The notes below the pieces were generated by a model that was given only the letters and a program-made list of their open reading frames with translations, was not told the origin of the DNA and did no database searches. From contig CAXXTC010000002.1 of NCBI GenBank assembly GCA_963666925.2, positions 21,983 through 85,982 of the forward strand: a stretch of 64,000 nucleotides of DNA, in the 5' to 3' direction. This document shows positions 47,458-57,023 of this stretch, piece after piece (the stretch's first letter is position 1; each line of letters begins with the position of its first letter). A program made the translations under genes and the position numbers. Source of the stretch: Phycisphaerae bacterium (lineage in GTDB: Bacteria; Planctomycetota; Phycisphaerae; UBA1845; Fen-1342).

Positions 47458-48792
47458 TCAGACCCGTTCGACGGGCCGAGCGGCACTCGTAACGTCGGAC
47501 GTACCATGCACCGGCTGACGCTGCCGCAGGTGCCGCTCGCGCACACGCCGCCAGATCGTGGCGAAGGCGCGCAGTTTGCGCGGCAGCGACAGGTTACGCA
47601 GCCAGAACCTGAACAGCGGCAGGCCCACATACCTGGGAATCGGCAGACCCAGCGCAGATAACGCAACCAGGCGTCCCCACACCATCCCCTTGGAATTTGG
47701 CTGCGCCGGGCTCGAACCCGGCAAAATGTGCAGCGGGGCGCGTTCCAGATGCATATAGCCGTCGCGCAGCGCGTCAGACAAAACGCTGCTGCCGCGAGTC
47801 GTGCGGGCGATGCACAGCGAATCGCCGCGCTCTTCCTCTGTTACCGTCCGATACCACGGGTCGCCGACGGCGATGTCGGCAAACTCGCCGGTGTGGTCCG
47901 GACAGATGTAACAACGCCATTGGCGATAGCGTTGGAGGAACGCCCACGATTCATCGTAGGTCAGGCTGTGTTCCTGGTTCGCACCGGCCGCATCGACATA
48001 TCGGACGACAAATCGGCCCGGCCAGCCATTGCCGCGATAACGCAGCGACTCGACCCGGGCCGGATCGTCTACGCCGAGCGATTTCAACAGGTCTAGCGTG
48101 CCCTGTGTTGACGGCACACCCGCACAGAAAAACGCGATCGTCAGCCCGATCTTTTCGTTCAGCTCGGGGCGCAGACGGCGCGTCTGCTGGACAGCGGCCA
48201 CGTCGCATGGTTTTCCGATAAATACGCAGGGTTCGGGCGCTTCGACGATCATTTGCATACCGTCGCAGGGGCTGGCGGGCGCATAGCGTGAGCCGGTGCG
48301 GGCGAGGAGTTGTTCGCGCGTCGTGCTGAGCACGGTTTCGTTGAGGTACGGCGTGTCGGGTCGGGCGGCCACGTGCAATACGCCATGGAACCCGAGCTTG
48401 GTCAAGCAATACCAAGCCAGTGCGGAGGCGGCCCCGCCGCTGGAGCCGGCCTGACGGATCTCATCGTCGGCCGCATGCCCCTCGTACAACGCGCGGATCG
48501 GCCCCCAGGCTGAGCCCAGATTGCGGATCAGCTCGCCATCGCGCCAGTCGCAGTTCTGCTCCAGGTGTACGCCGGGGCAGACACGCAACGCGTCGGGATG
48601 ATGATCGGCCTCGGTCGCCCCGCCGTTGACCACCGGCCGGCGCCCGAACCGATAATCATCGACCATGCGGATACGCTCGGGGTCGGCGAACGCGCAGGCT
48701 CCGCAGCCACAGCAGAGCTGGTATTCCGCAACGTCGCGAATGTTGTCCGGAGTTCGGGACAAGGGCGGACCTTTCAATGTGCCAGGGCGCAA
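47458..48792 (-). CDS. Coenzyme F420 hydrogenase/dehydrogenase beta-subunit (FrhB/FdhB)-like Fe-S protein
   Basis: LCCGCGAC, VCPG, SSGGAAS, GSRYAP, FIGKPC, FCAG, YRG.GWPG, RC.IC.D...EFADI..GD. Confidence 0.85.
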   Translation of the reverse strand: MRPGTLKGPPLSRTPDNIRDVAEYQLCCGCGACAFADPERIRMVDDYRFGRRPVVNGGATEADHHPDALRVCPGVHLEQNCDWRDGELIRNLGSAWGPIRALYEGHAADDEIRQAGSSGGAASALAWYCLTKLGFHGVLHVAARPDTPYLNETVLSTTREQLLARTGSRYAPASPCDGMQMIVEAPEPCVFIGKPCDVAAVQQTRRLRPELNEKIGLTIAFFCAGVPSTQGTLDLLKSLGVDDPARVESLRYRGNGWPGRFVVRYVDAAGANQEHSLTYDESWAFLQRYRQWRCYICPDHTGEFADIAVGDPWYRTVTEEERGDSLCIARTTRGSSVLSDALRDGYMHLERAPLHILPGSSPAQPNSKGMVWGRLVALSALGLPIPRYVGLPLFRFWLRNLSLPRKLRAFATIWRRVRERHLRQRQPVHGTSDVTSAARPVERV

Positions 48793-49520
48793 CTCTTCAA
48801 CAACGGATGTTGCTCGTCGGTCAGCGGTACCACCATGTCATTCAGATGGACGCGCAACTGGTCGATGGACTGCTCCCACCAGCGGCTAGCGAGGATGCGC
48901 TCGATCAGCGACTCGGAAAACCGATAGCGGATGGTCCGGGCCGGGTTGCCGCCGACGATCGCGAAATCGGGCACCGGCTTGGTAACGACCGCGCCCGCCG
49001 CCACGACCGCACCGGTTCCGATGCGCCGGCAGCGCGAGGTGATGATAGCATTCGCCCCGATCCAGACGTCGTGGCCGATTTCAAGCTCATCGTTCGGGAT
49101 GTTGTCCACGGGGACCAGCCCCAGGGCAGCGTTATAGAAGAACGGATGGAGCGACAAACGCTCCAGGGGATGGTCGCGCAAAAATACCTGGATGCCGGGG
49201 CCGAGCGACACGTAACGCCCGATCCGTACGCCGGCGGGATACAGCCCCGTATCGACGCCGTAGCTGTACGCGCCAATCTGCACGCCGTGATGGTCGCGGA
49301 ACAGCTCGCGGGCCGTCCGGCTCAGCAGCCACCCGCCCTCGCAGCGCAACACCATGCGCAACGCGAGCGCTCGCAGCCGCCTTATGCGAAAGAGTCGGCG
49401 CGGGCATGACGCCCACGCACTGCGACGCGTGCCGGCGACCAGGCGATCCCACGGCAGCGGATCGATCGGCGGGACGGTCCGTTCATCAGTAATCGTGGCT
49501 TGAGATTCCGGCTCGTTCAC
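48774..49520 (-). CDS. CatB/Vat-related hexapeptide O-acetyltransferase
   Basis: IGAYSYG, IGRYVS, HP...SLHPF, IGHDVWIG, GGNPAR.IRYRF, WW; GTGA overlap start. Confidence 0.85.
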   Translation of the reverse strand: MNEPESQATITDERTVPPIDPLPWDRLVAGTRRSAWASCPRRLFRIRRLRALALRMVLRCEGGWLLSRTARELFRDHHGVQIGAYSYGVDTGLYPAGVRIGRYVSLGPGIQVFLRDHPLERLSLHPFFYNAALGLVPVDNIPNDELEIGHDVWIGANAIITSRCRRIGTGAVVAAGAVVTKPVPDFAIVGGNPARTIRYRFSESLIERILASRWWEQSIDQLRVHLNDMVVPLTDEQHPLLKSCALAH

Positions 49521-50977
49521 GGCGCAATCGCGACGCCCCGCAAGGCGCCGATCCCCTGGGCCAGCACGCGGCGTGCTTCCGACCGCACACTGGGCAGGAT
49601 ACCGATGGTGACGGTGACAACAACGAGCAGACAACCCAGCGTCAGCCCGATCTGCGCGAAGAGATTCTGGACCTGCACCAGGGGGACGGCAACAGCGGCA
49701 CTGAGCGCCAACACCGCCGCCAGAACAACTGCCACACGCACGCTAATCAGCAGCGGCTGTTCATGCCGGCGGGTAATGCGTGCGACGGCGTACATGAGCG
49801 CCGCAACCTCGCCGATCGCCGCACTGGCCGCAACGTAAGTGATCGGTGCGTGCCACAGGGCGGCCACCAGCGCGAGCAGGAAGCCGATCAGGCGATACAC
49901 GTTGGTCAGGAAGGTGCTGATCGTATCACCCCGCGCCATCGCCCCCAGCAGCGGTGCGACACGCAACATACGCACGGTCTGCGCGATTGCCAGCCAGGTC
50001 AGGATGGCGGCCGCCGGCATGTAGGCTTCCCCGTAGATCTGTTGCAACAGCAAGCCTGACAGGAGTATCAGCACGGTTCCCGACGCCGCCGCTGCCAGAG
50101 CGAACACTTCGGCACACAAGGCGTAACGTCGGCTGAACACTGGCGCATCGTCCTGGGCGGATGACAGCGCGGGCAGGAACAGCGAGTTGGCCGTGCTGCC
50201 GAGCAGCATGGCCGGCGCCCCGGCCAATACGAACGCGGCCGAGTAATACCCCAGGGCTTCCATCGAGTAGCGCGCCCCGACCAGCACCCGGTCGCCCTGC
50301 ATGATCGCGAACAGGAGCAGGCCGTTAGCCAATAGCGGCAGCCCGAACGCGAACAGTCGGCGGACAACGTCGCGCTGCCAGGCCCACCGGTAGCGATTGG
50401 TGGCGAACACGTGCGACAGCAGCGCCTGCGACCAGGCCCGAATCAGCAACACCCAGAGCATCACGGAGTAGTCGCACAGCCACCAGGCCAGCGGCAAGGC
50501 GGCCAGGGTAGCCAGCGCCTGTGAGCCGAGTTCGGTGCCGACCCACGGCCAGAAGTGCATCGAGCGTTGCTGCCGTCGAATATCGAGGTGAATCAGCCCG
50601 CGTGCCAGGGGCGTCAGCGCCAGCCAATTGAACGACCAATACGCCTCAGGCACCCTAAAGAGCAGCGCCAGCGGCCAGGCCAGCGCGAAGAGCGCGCCGG
50701 ACATCACGATCCCGCGCCCCAGTTGCCAGGTATGCACGGTCGCCAGGAAGCCGTCCTCGTGCCCATCACGATCCTGAACAACGAGACGGTCGGCGGCAAA
50801 GTCGCTGAGCATTTCCAGCATCGACACCGTGATCGCGAACGTGGCGGCGATGCCGAAGTCTTCGGGCCCGATCAGGCGGGCCACGATGATATTGCGTGCG
50901 AACGAGAGGCCCTGTCCGGCCGCCTGGCCGGCGCCCAGCGTCATCGCACCGCGCATGAATCGTTGGCGGATGCTCAT
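49517..50977 (-). CDS. wzx: Wzx-type oligosaccharide flippase
   Basis: ARLIGPEDFGI, FGLPL, D..LVG, LGYYS.A; many TMs; ATGA overlap start. Confidence 0.85.
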   Translation of the reverse strand: MSIRQRFMRGAMTLGAGQAAGQGLSFARNIIVARLIGPEDFGIAATFAITVSMLEMLSDFAADRLVVQDRDGHEDGFLATVHTWQLGRGIVMSGALFALAWPLALLFRVPEAYWSFNWLALTPLARGLIHLDIRRQQRSMHFWPWVGTELGSQALATLAALPLAWWLCDYSVMLWVLLIRAWSQALLSHVFATNRYRWAWQRDVVRRLFAFGLPLLANGLLLFAIMQGDRVLVGARYSMEALGYYSAAFVLAGAPAMLLGSTANSLFLPALSSAQDDAPVFSRRYALCAEVFALAAAASGTVLILLSGLLLQQIYGEAYMPAAAILTWLAIAQTVRMLRVAPLLGAMARGDTISTFLTNVYRLIGFLLALVAALWHAPITYVAASAAIGEVAALMYAVARITRRHEQPLLISVRVAVVLAAVLALSAAVAVPLVQVQNLFAQIGLTLGCLLVVVTVTIGILPSVRSEARRVLAQGIGALRGVAIAP

Positions 50978-52311
50978 GTAGAGACCGGTGCCCCCGAGGC
51001 TGACACCTCGCGCGCTACCGCGATGATCTCGGACAATTGCTCGACCGCCCACTGCTGCACCGGCTCGATGCCGTCTGCCAGCCGGGCTCGCAGTTCTCGG
51101 CGCCCATCAAACAGCTCGACCAGCCGCGCCACCGCCGGCGACGCATCCAGCTCGCGCGGGTCAACCACCGCCGCCCCCATGCCGCAGGTCTCGAACACGC
51201 CCTGCGTCTTGAGGCTGTAAGCGATGCCCGCCGTCGGCACACCACTGGACAGTCCAGCAATGGTCGCGTGCATTCGCGTCCCACAGAACCAGTCGCACTT
51301 GCCGATGACCCATTTCATCTTCCCGGGCTCGTCAAATGCCGGCGTGAGCGTAGCCACCCGGGTCTCGGCCGCACGGGCGATCTCCGGGTCCGCATCAGCA
51401 CGCAGGACAGCCCGCACCGCTTCGGCGGCGGCCGTGTCAGATTCAAAATGACCGGCCTGTACCAGCACGTGCGGTACAAGCACGATGTTGACCTCGCTGC
51501 TGCGCAGCAGATGGCGGATGAATTCGACGATCAGCTCGCGGTAGTCGGCCTTGAAGCCGTACCGTGAACGCATCGCCACCGGATCGTTCCAGATCAGACC
51601 GCTGACGTTCAGGCCGACGGTTTCGGCCGGTCGCTGCGGGCTAAGCCAGGTCGTGATCGGCTCACCCAGCGCCGCCTGCGGGCGATGGGCTTCGAGGGCG
51701 AACGCGACGTCGACCCCGGCGCGATGGCGCTGCGGGTCGAAGGCGTCGCCCAGCAATTCCTTCAGCCGGGCGAAACTGCGCTCGTCGCGCGCCCAGCACA
51801 TAGACGCCCGGCGAACAATCTCGCCGGCCAGTTGGCGGTTCTGCGGATCGTTATAAGGCCCGTAGGTCTGCGGCAGCAGGATCAGCGGCTTGCCCATACC
51901 CAAGGCCAGTTGCTTGGAAGCGACCACCGCCCGGAAACGTTTCTGACCGTAGAGGTCGCAGAAGCTGTCGCCACCGCTGATATCGAGCACCGCGTCGGCC
52001 GCGTGCAGTTGCCGGAAGGCCGGATTGCCCAATCCTCCCAGCCAACGGGACATGCGAATATTCAGGTAACTCCGCTGCTGCCACAGGCGACGGGTGGACG
52101 TCGCCCCGCAGCGCAGGAACCGGTAGGTGCCGTTGTCCGACGAATAGGTCACCGGTCGCAGCCCGCGGCCCTCGTCGAACACGGTCAACTCGACATCGCG
52201 AAAGGCTCGCGCCAGCCCGCCGACAACCGCGTAGCACAGCGCCGACACGCCCATGTTGCTGGTGTCGGGGGATGACCCGAACAGACACAGTTTCATGGCG
52301 CGTTCGCTCAC
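50974..52311 (-). CDS. Polysaccharide pyruvyl transferase (WcaK-like)
   Basis: NMGVSAL, GGDSF.D.YG, PQTYGP, RDE.S, DVAF.L, GTRMHA.I..LS..VP, YS.K. Confidence 0.9.
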   Translation of the reverse strand: MSERAMKLCLFGSSPDTSNMGVSALCYAVVGGLARAFRDVELTVFDEGRGLRPVTYSSDNGTYRFLRCGATSTRRLWQQRSYLNIRMSRWLGGLGNPAFRQLHAADAVLDISGGDSFCDLYGQKRFRAVVASKQLALGMGKPLILLPQTYGPYNDPQNRQLAGEIVRRASMCWARDERSFARLKELLGDAFDPQRHRAGVDVAFALEAHRPQAALGEPITTWLSPQRPAETVGLNVSGLIWNDPVAMRSRYGFKADYRELIVEFIRHLLRSSEVNIVLVPHVLVQAGHFESDTAAAEAVRAVLRADADPEIARAAETRVATLTPAFDEPGKMKWVIGKCDWFCGTRMHATIAGLSSGVPTAGIAYSLKTQGVFETCGMGAAVVDPRELDASPAVARLVELFDGRRELRARLADGIEPVQQWAVEQLSEIIAVAREVSASGAPVST

Positions 52312-53051
52312 CCTTCCTCCTTGAACGTTTTCGGCAACAACGCCAGCACCCGCGGTGCGACGTCTATCGCAAACTGCTCCGCCAGCCGCTCCGCCGCTTC
52401 GTCACCACCCGCGCCCACCGGCACAATCACCTGCACCTGGGCCACGTAGCGCGACGAATCCCGCGCCAGGTTCGGCGTCCGCCAGCCGATCGACCAGAAG
52501 CTATCCTCATCAATGGTCGGCTCGCCGGCCAGCACATAGAAGTTCAATACCAGTACGCGCGCGTTGTGCAACCCGGGCTTGAAGAAGGCCTGCACACGCG
52601 CCGGCAACTCTGCGCCCCCGGGCAGATCCAGACGCCGCTCGACTGCCTCCGTCGGCGACCAACCCGCACTGGGGTAACACACACTGGGGCGGTGCCCCAG
52701 CATCGTCCGCGGCCGGGCCGTATAACCCACGTACAGATTGGCCTGCTGCCCGGTGACGGCGTTGCTGTAGGCCCGGTTCACGTAGTCGTCGTTGCCGGCG
52801 ATCCGCAACAGAGACTCGCGCATCGGCACATCCACGCCAATCCAGCCGTTGATCTCGTATGCCAGGCTTCGCAGGGGCGGGTCCAGGCGAATCGGCGCGT
52901 CCAGCTCGGACTGCACCCACGCGGAAAATCCGCGCTGGGTCAGGCCACCAGCCAGTATCACCGCGAATGTTACCACAATCCCCCGCCAATGAACCGCGGA
53001 GAACGCCGCCGCTCCCGAACTCGGCTGCGACGGCTTAGCTCTGGCACTCAT
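52308..53051 (-). CDS. epsI: Exosortase-associated EpsI protein
   Basis: N-terminal TM; W.G.D, DDYVNR.Y, H.P.VCY...GW; directly downstream of exosortase. Confidence 0.85.
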   Translation of the reverse strand: MSARAKPSQPSSGAAAFSAVHWRGIVVTFAVILAGGLTQRGFSAWVQSELDAPIRLDPPLRSLAYEINGWIGVDVPMRESLLRIAGNDDYVNRAYSNAVTGQQANLYVGYTARPRTMLGHRPSVCYPSAGWSPTEAVERRLDLPGGAELPARVQAFFKPGLHNARVLVLNFYVLAGEPTIDEDSFWSIGWRTPNLARDSSRYVAQVQVIVPVGAGGDEAAERLAEQFAIDVAPRVLALLPKTFKEEG

Positions 53052-53998
53052 GAATGGCCTCCCGAACGAGCCGGCTGCGGTTGCAGAAATGCAAGCAGCT
53101 TCAGCAGCCCCAGACAGGCCAGAATCGCCAGCGGCATCATCGCCAGGCCGGCAATGTCGTGGAATCGCTCGGTCAGCTCCGCGGAATCAGAGTAATGCAC
53201 GAACAGGCTCGTCGCGATCACGCGGAGGCAGTTTGCCGCAACGGCGATCGGTAGGCTGGCCAGCACCAACAACAGTCGCTGCCAACGCGGCCGAGGTGCC
53301 AGAAACGCCAACACGGCGGCCACGAATACAAACGCCGTCAGCATGCGCAAACCGCTGCACGCCTCCGCCACCCCCACGACATGACCACTTTCCAGACGCA
53401 GCACGTTGCCTTCGCGGATGACAAAGAACCCGAACAGCTCCAGGCCAAACACCGCTGACGCCGACGCCAGGGTTTGCAGCGGCAAGGCAATAGCCTCATG
53501 CACGCGGCCCGGCAGCGGTACCATCAGCAACAGGAACAGCAGCACCCATCTGAGCCGCCAGAAAACCCGGCGACCCGCCACGGCCAGCACCGTAGCACCA
53601 ATGGCGCCGATCAGTGCGTACCGCGGCGCCGAACCGACGCCGAAAAAAAGGCCCGAAAGCCGGAGGCATTCTACCGCCACCAGCGCCAACACGCCCAACC
53701 AGGAGAAAGACCAATGCTGCGGCCCCACTTGGTCGCGCTTCCGCCAGACTAGGCAGAGCGCCACCGGAAATACCAGCATCCCTACCGAGTAATCCTGATT
53801 GCGCTGCCAGAACAGCACCAGGTCGACCACTGTCGACCAGTAGCTCCACAACAGGACCGCCGCCAGGCCGCACCCCAGCCAGACCGCGGGCATGCGTACC
53901 AACGCACCCAGCCCCCCCAGCCGCAAGGCCGGCGCTTTCCCGGCCCTGGTCAAGTCTCCGCTCATCCGGCGTCGTTGCATGGCCTTCGATACGTCCAT
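53048..53998 (-). CDS. Exosortase (EpsH family)
   Basis: Multi-TM; YS.G, VPLP, PLQ, REGN, VAEACSGLR (catalytic Cys), N.LRV (Arg), FHD (His). Confidence 0.93.
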   Translation of the reverse strand: MDVSKAMQRRRMSGDLTRAGKAPALRLGGLGALVRMPAVWLGCGLAAVLLWSYWSTVVDLVLFWQRNQDYSVGMLVFPVALCLVWRKRDQVGPQHWSFSWLGVLALVAVECLRLSGLFFGVGSAPRYALIGAIGATVLAVAGRRVFWRLRWVLLFLLLMVPLPGRVHEAIALPLQTLASASAVFGLELFGFFVIREGNVLRLESGHVVGVAEACSGLRMLTAFVFVAAVLAFLAPRPRWQRLLLVLASLPIAVAANCLRVIATSLFVHYSDSAELTERFHDIAGLAMMPLAILACLGLLKLLAFLQPQPARSGGHS

Positions 53999-54140
53999 CG
54001 TCAAACAGTCGCCCGCACCCGGCGGGTTTCAACCGCTCCACAGTAATAGTAGGTCAGTGTGCGTAGAACCGCAGCGTTGGTCCGAGCCGGCCCAGTTGTG
54101 GCCCAGCATGACCATCATGCGGAAAGCTCGCACCAGCGTA

Positions 54141-54998
54141 CTAGCTCCGCGCATCAAGATACTCGTGCAACATCTCGCGCCAGCCGCGACAGGGCGCGAC
54201 ACCCAGCTCCGCCAGCCGCTCGCTGCGCAGCGATGAGAAGGCCGGCCGTCGCGCCGGCGTGGGATACTCGCTGGTCGGAATCGGCGTCAGATCCACCGCC
54301 ATCTGCTGTTGGGCGAAAATCTCTCGCGCAAATTCGTGCCACGAGCAGCTATCCGCGGCCGCAACGTGCACGATACCCTGGGGCCGCAATTCCATCAGCG
54401 CCGCGATCTTCGCGGCACACCCCACGGTGCTCGTCGGCGACACAACCTGGTCGTCTACGACGCGTAGCGCCTGCCCCTGCCCCCCCAGCCGCAACATGGT
54501 CTCGACGAAATTTCCGCCCTTGCCGCGCGCCCCGGCATGTCCGTACAGCCCGCTCGTTCGCAGAACCAGCGAATCAGGCTGATACGCGCTGGTCAACTGC
54601 TCCCCCGCCAATTTGCTCGCACCATATACGCTGACCGGGCCGGGCTGATCGCTCTCGACGTACGCCGACGCTCGCATTCCGGCCGCCCCAAACACGTAAT
54701 CGGTGCTCACATATATCAGGTACGCCCCGATGCCGACAGCCGCCCGGGCCACGTGCAACGCCCCCAGCGCATTGACCGCGAACGCCTCGCGGGCCGCACT
54801 CTCACAGCCGTCCACGTTCGTTTGGGCCGCAGTGTTGATCACCACATCGGGACGCTGCTCCTCCAGCGCCGCCTCGACCTGAGCCGCGTCCGTGATATCA
54901 AACTCCGGCAGATCCAGCAGCATCAGCGGCCCCGACAGGACCGCTTGCAGATCACGCCCGAGTTGTCCGGCTGCACCAATCAGCGTCGTCTTGGTCAA
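54141..54998 (-). CDS. rfbD: dTDP-4-dehydrorhamnose reductase
   Basis: GAAGQLG, TNVDGCE, STDYVF, YGASKLAGE, VVDDQ..SPT, ARRP..S.L; start TTG 54998 or ATG 55025. Confidence 0.95.
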   Translation of the reverse strand: MTKTTLIGAAGQLGRDLQAVLSGPLMLLDLPEFDITDAAQVEAALEEQRPDVVINTAAQTNVDGCESAAREAFAVNALGALHVARAAVGIGAYLIYVSTDYVFGAAGMRASAYVESDQPGPVSVYGASKLAGEQLTSAYQPDSLVLRTSGLYGHAGARGKGGNFVETMLRLGGQGQALRVVDDQVVSPTSTVGCAAKIAALMELRPQGIVHVAAADSCSWHEFAREIFAQQQMAVDLTPIPTSEYPTPARRPAFSSLRSERLAELGVAPCRGWREMLHEYLDARS

Positions 54999-55058
54999 CT
55001 TCCACTCACTCTGCCGAAACTTCATGTCGCGGCCCGCGCCGGCCGCCACTGCACCTTC

Positions 55059-55115
55059 TCACAAGTGGAGCGGGCGTCCCGCCCCACCTCTCATAAGATG
55101 CAAACAGCGCGAAAG
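55059..55115. repeat. Internally deleted copy of the 8.9-kb REP-doublet element
   Basis: TCACAAGTGGAGCGGGCGTCCCGCCC joined to CACCTCTCATAAGATGCAAACAGCG, both matching the 8898-8995 region. Confidence 0.85.
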
Positions 55116-55121
55116 ACTACA

Positions 55122-56138
55122 CTACGTCGTAACCTCGCCATACTGTTTCGCGTAGTAGTCGCGATATGCACCCGATTTGATCGCCTGCCACCAGGGTTCG
55201 TTCTCGATGTACCAGCGCACCGTCTCGGCCAGGCCGGCAGCCCAGTTCACCTGCGGCGTCCAGCCCAACTCGCGCTCGATCTTGCCGCTGTCGATCGCAT
55301 AGCGCCGATCGTGAGCCAAGCGGTCCTTGACGGGCCGAATGAAAGATTCGTCCTTGTCCAGCTCGCGCAGAATTGAACGCGTCAGTTCGAGGTTGGTCAG
55401 TTCGTTGTTGGCACCGACGTTATACACCTCGCCGGGCTGACCACGCTCCAGCACCGTCAGCAGCGCGTCGCAATGATCCAACACATGGATCCAGTCACGA
55501 ACGTTCAGGCCGTCGCCGTAGAGCGGCACCTGCTGCCCCTCAAGCAGGTTGCTGACGAACAGCGGGATGACCTTCTCAGGGAACTGGTAGGGTCCGTAGT
55601 TGTTCGAGCAACGCGTCGTCAGCGTCGGCAGGCCGTAAGTCACGTGATAGGCCCGCACGAGCAGGTCCGCCGCCGCCTTTGATGCACTATACGGACTGTT
55701 CGGTGCCAGGTTCGAGTCTTCCGTAAAAGCACCCTCGGGCCCGAGCGAGCCGTACACCTCGTCGGTGGAGACCTGGAGGTAGCGCTCCACGCCGTGCTGC
55801 CGGGCGTGCTCCAGCAACACCTGCGTGCCGGTCACATTCGTCCGCACGAACTCCGCCGCCCCCATGATGCTCCGATCAACGTGGCTCTCGGCCGCGAAGT
55901 TGATCACGCCCCACAGCGGCTCGGCAAACACCGGCTTCAGATCGTCCGCGCTGCATATATCGCCACGCACAAACTGAAACCGCCCGTGACTCTCGAGCCC
56001 CGCGAGATTCTCCAGGTTGCCGGCATAGGTCAGCGCGTCATACGCGACGATCTGCCAGTCCGGCCGCTGCTCGAGCACGCGCCGTACGAAGTTGGATCCG
56101 ATGAATCCCGCGGCCCCGGTTACCAGGAGTCGGTTCAT
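55122..56138 (-). CDS. rfbB: dTDP-glucose 4,6-dehydratase
   Basis: GAAGFIGSNF, DALTYAGN, AAESHVDRSI, STDEVYG, PYSASKA, HDRRYAID. Confidence 0.97.
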   Translation of the reverse strand: MNRLLVTGAAGFIGSNFVRRVLEQRPDWQIVAYDALTYAGNLENLAGLESHGRFQFVRGDICSADDLKPVFAEPLWGVINFAAESHVDRSIMGAAEFVRTNVTGTQVLLEHARQHGVERYLQVSTDEVYGSLGPEGAFTEDSNLAPNSPYSASKAAADLLVRAYHVTYGLPTLTTRCSNNYGPYQFPEKVIPLFVSNLLEGQQVPLYGDGLNVRDWIHVLDHCDALLTVLERGQPGEVYNVGANNELTNLELTRSILRELDKDESFIRPVKDRLAHDRRYAIDSGKIERELGWTPQVNWAAGLAETVRWYIENEPWWQAIKSGAYRDYYAKQYGEVTT

Positions 56139-56159
56139 AGTACTGATCCTAATCTGCTG

Positions 56160-56927
56160 CTAATCGGCCTGTGACAACGCCGGGCGCGCCGAGCTGGCAT
56201 GATTGGCACCGCCCTCCGCCACCAACTGAGTAGCCCGATACAACGACGGGAACGTCCCGGCATCGGTCCACCACCCGTCCAGCACTTCGTACTCGAGCGT
56301 GCCCGCCTTCAGGTAAAAATTGTTCACGTCGGTGATCTCGAGCTCGCCGCGCTCCGAGGGCTGCAAGCCGCGGATGAAATCGAACACCTGCTCGTCATAC
56401 ATGTAAATCCCGATGACGGCCTTATCGCTGGGCGGATCGGCGGGCTTCTCGATAATCGACGTAATCTTGCCCTGCTCGTCGAAGGCCGCCACGCCAAAAC
56501 GCTGTGGATCGTCCACCGTCTTCAGGTAGATCCGCGCCCCGCTCGGCTGGCTGAAGAAGTTCGCCACGCCCGCGCGGATGTCCTTCTCAATGATGTTGTC
56601 ACCCAGGATCACCACGATCTTGTCGCCGTCGGCGAAATCCTCTGCCAGGCGCAGCGCGTCCGCGATGCCGCCCTCACCTTCCTGATAGGTATAGTGCAGC
56701 TCTTTCAGACCCAGCTCCTTGCCGTTGCCCAGAAGCCGGAGAAAATCACCCGCGTCGTTACCGCCGGTGACCAGCAGCACGTCTCGAATGCCGGCGTTCA
56801 CCAAGCACTCGATCGGGTAATAGACCATCGGCTTGTCGTACACCGGTAGGAGGTGCTTGTTAGTGATCTTGGTGAGCGGCCAAAGCCGCTTGCCCAAACC
56901 GCCGGCCAGGATTACGCCCTTCATCAT
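56160..56927 (-). CDS. rfbA: Glucose-1-phosphate thymidylyltransferase (short RmlA/SpsI type)
   Basis: GVILAGGLG.RL.PLT..NKHLLPVYDKPM, LGDNI, EKP, PSERGELEITD, W.DAGT. Confidence 0.92.
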   Translation of the reverse strand: MMKGVILAGGLGKRLWPLTKITNKHLLPVYDKPMVYYPIECLVNAGIRDVLLVTGGNDAGDFLRLLGNGKELGLKELHYTYQEGEGGIADALRLAEDFADGDKIVVILGDNIIEKDIRAGVANFFSQPSGARIYLKTVDDPQRFGVAAFDEQGKITSIIEKPADPPSDKAVIGIYMYDEQVFDFIRGLQPSERGELEITDVNNFYLKAGTLEYEVLDGWWTDAGTFPSLYRATQLVAEGGANHASSARPALSQAD

Positions 56928-57023
56928 GACCTCATCAATTCGTGTTTGCGGCGTGCCATTTGTGAGCACACGCCATATCAACCCGCACCCTGACGTTGTC
57001 GGCGCCGGCGACGTTCCCTGCGC

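Noticed and set aside
47458..48792. Evidence for F420-dependent hydrogen metabolism
   Set aside because: A lone FrhB-like gene in an EPS operon is a known association; no hydrogenase large or small subunits are present.
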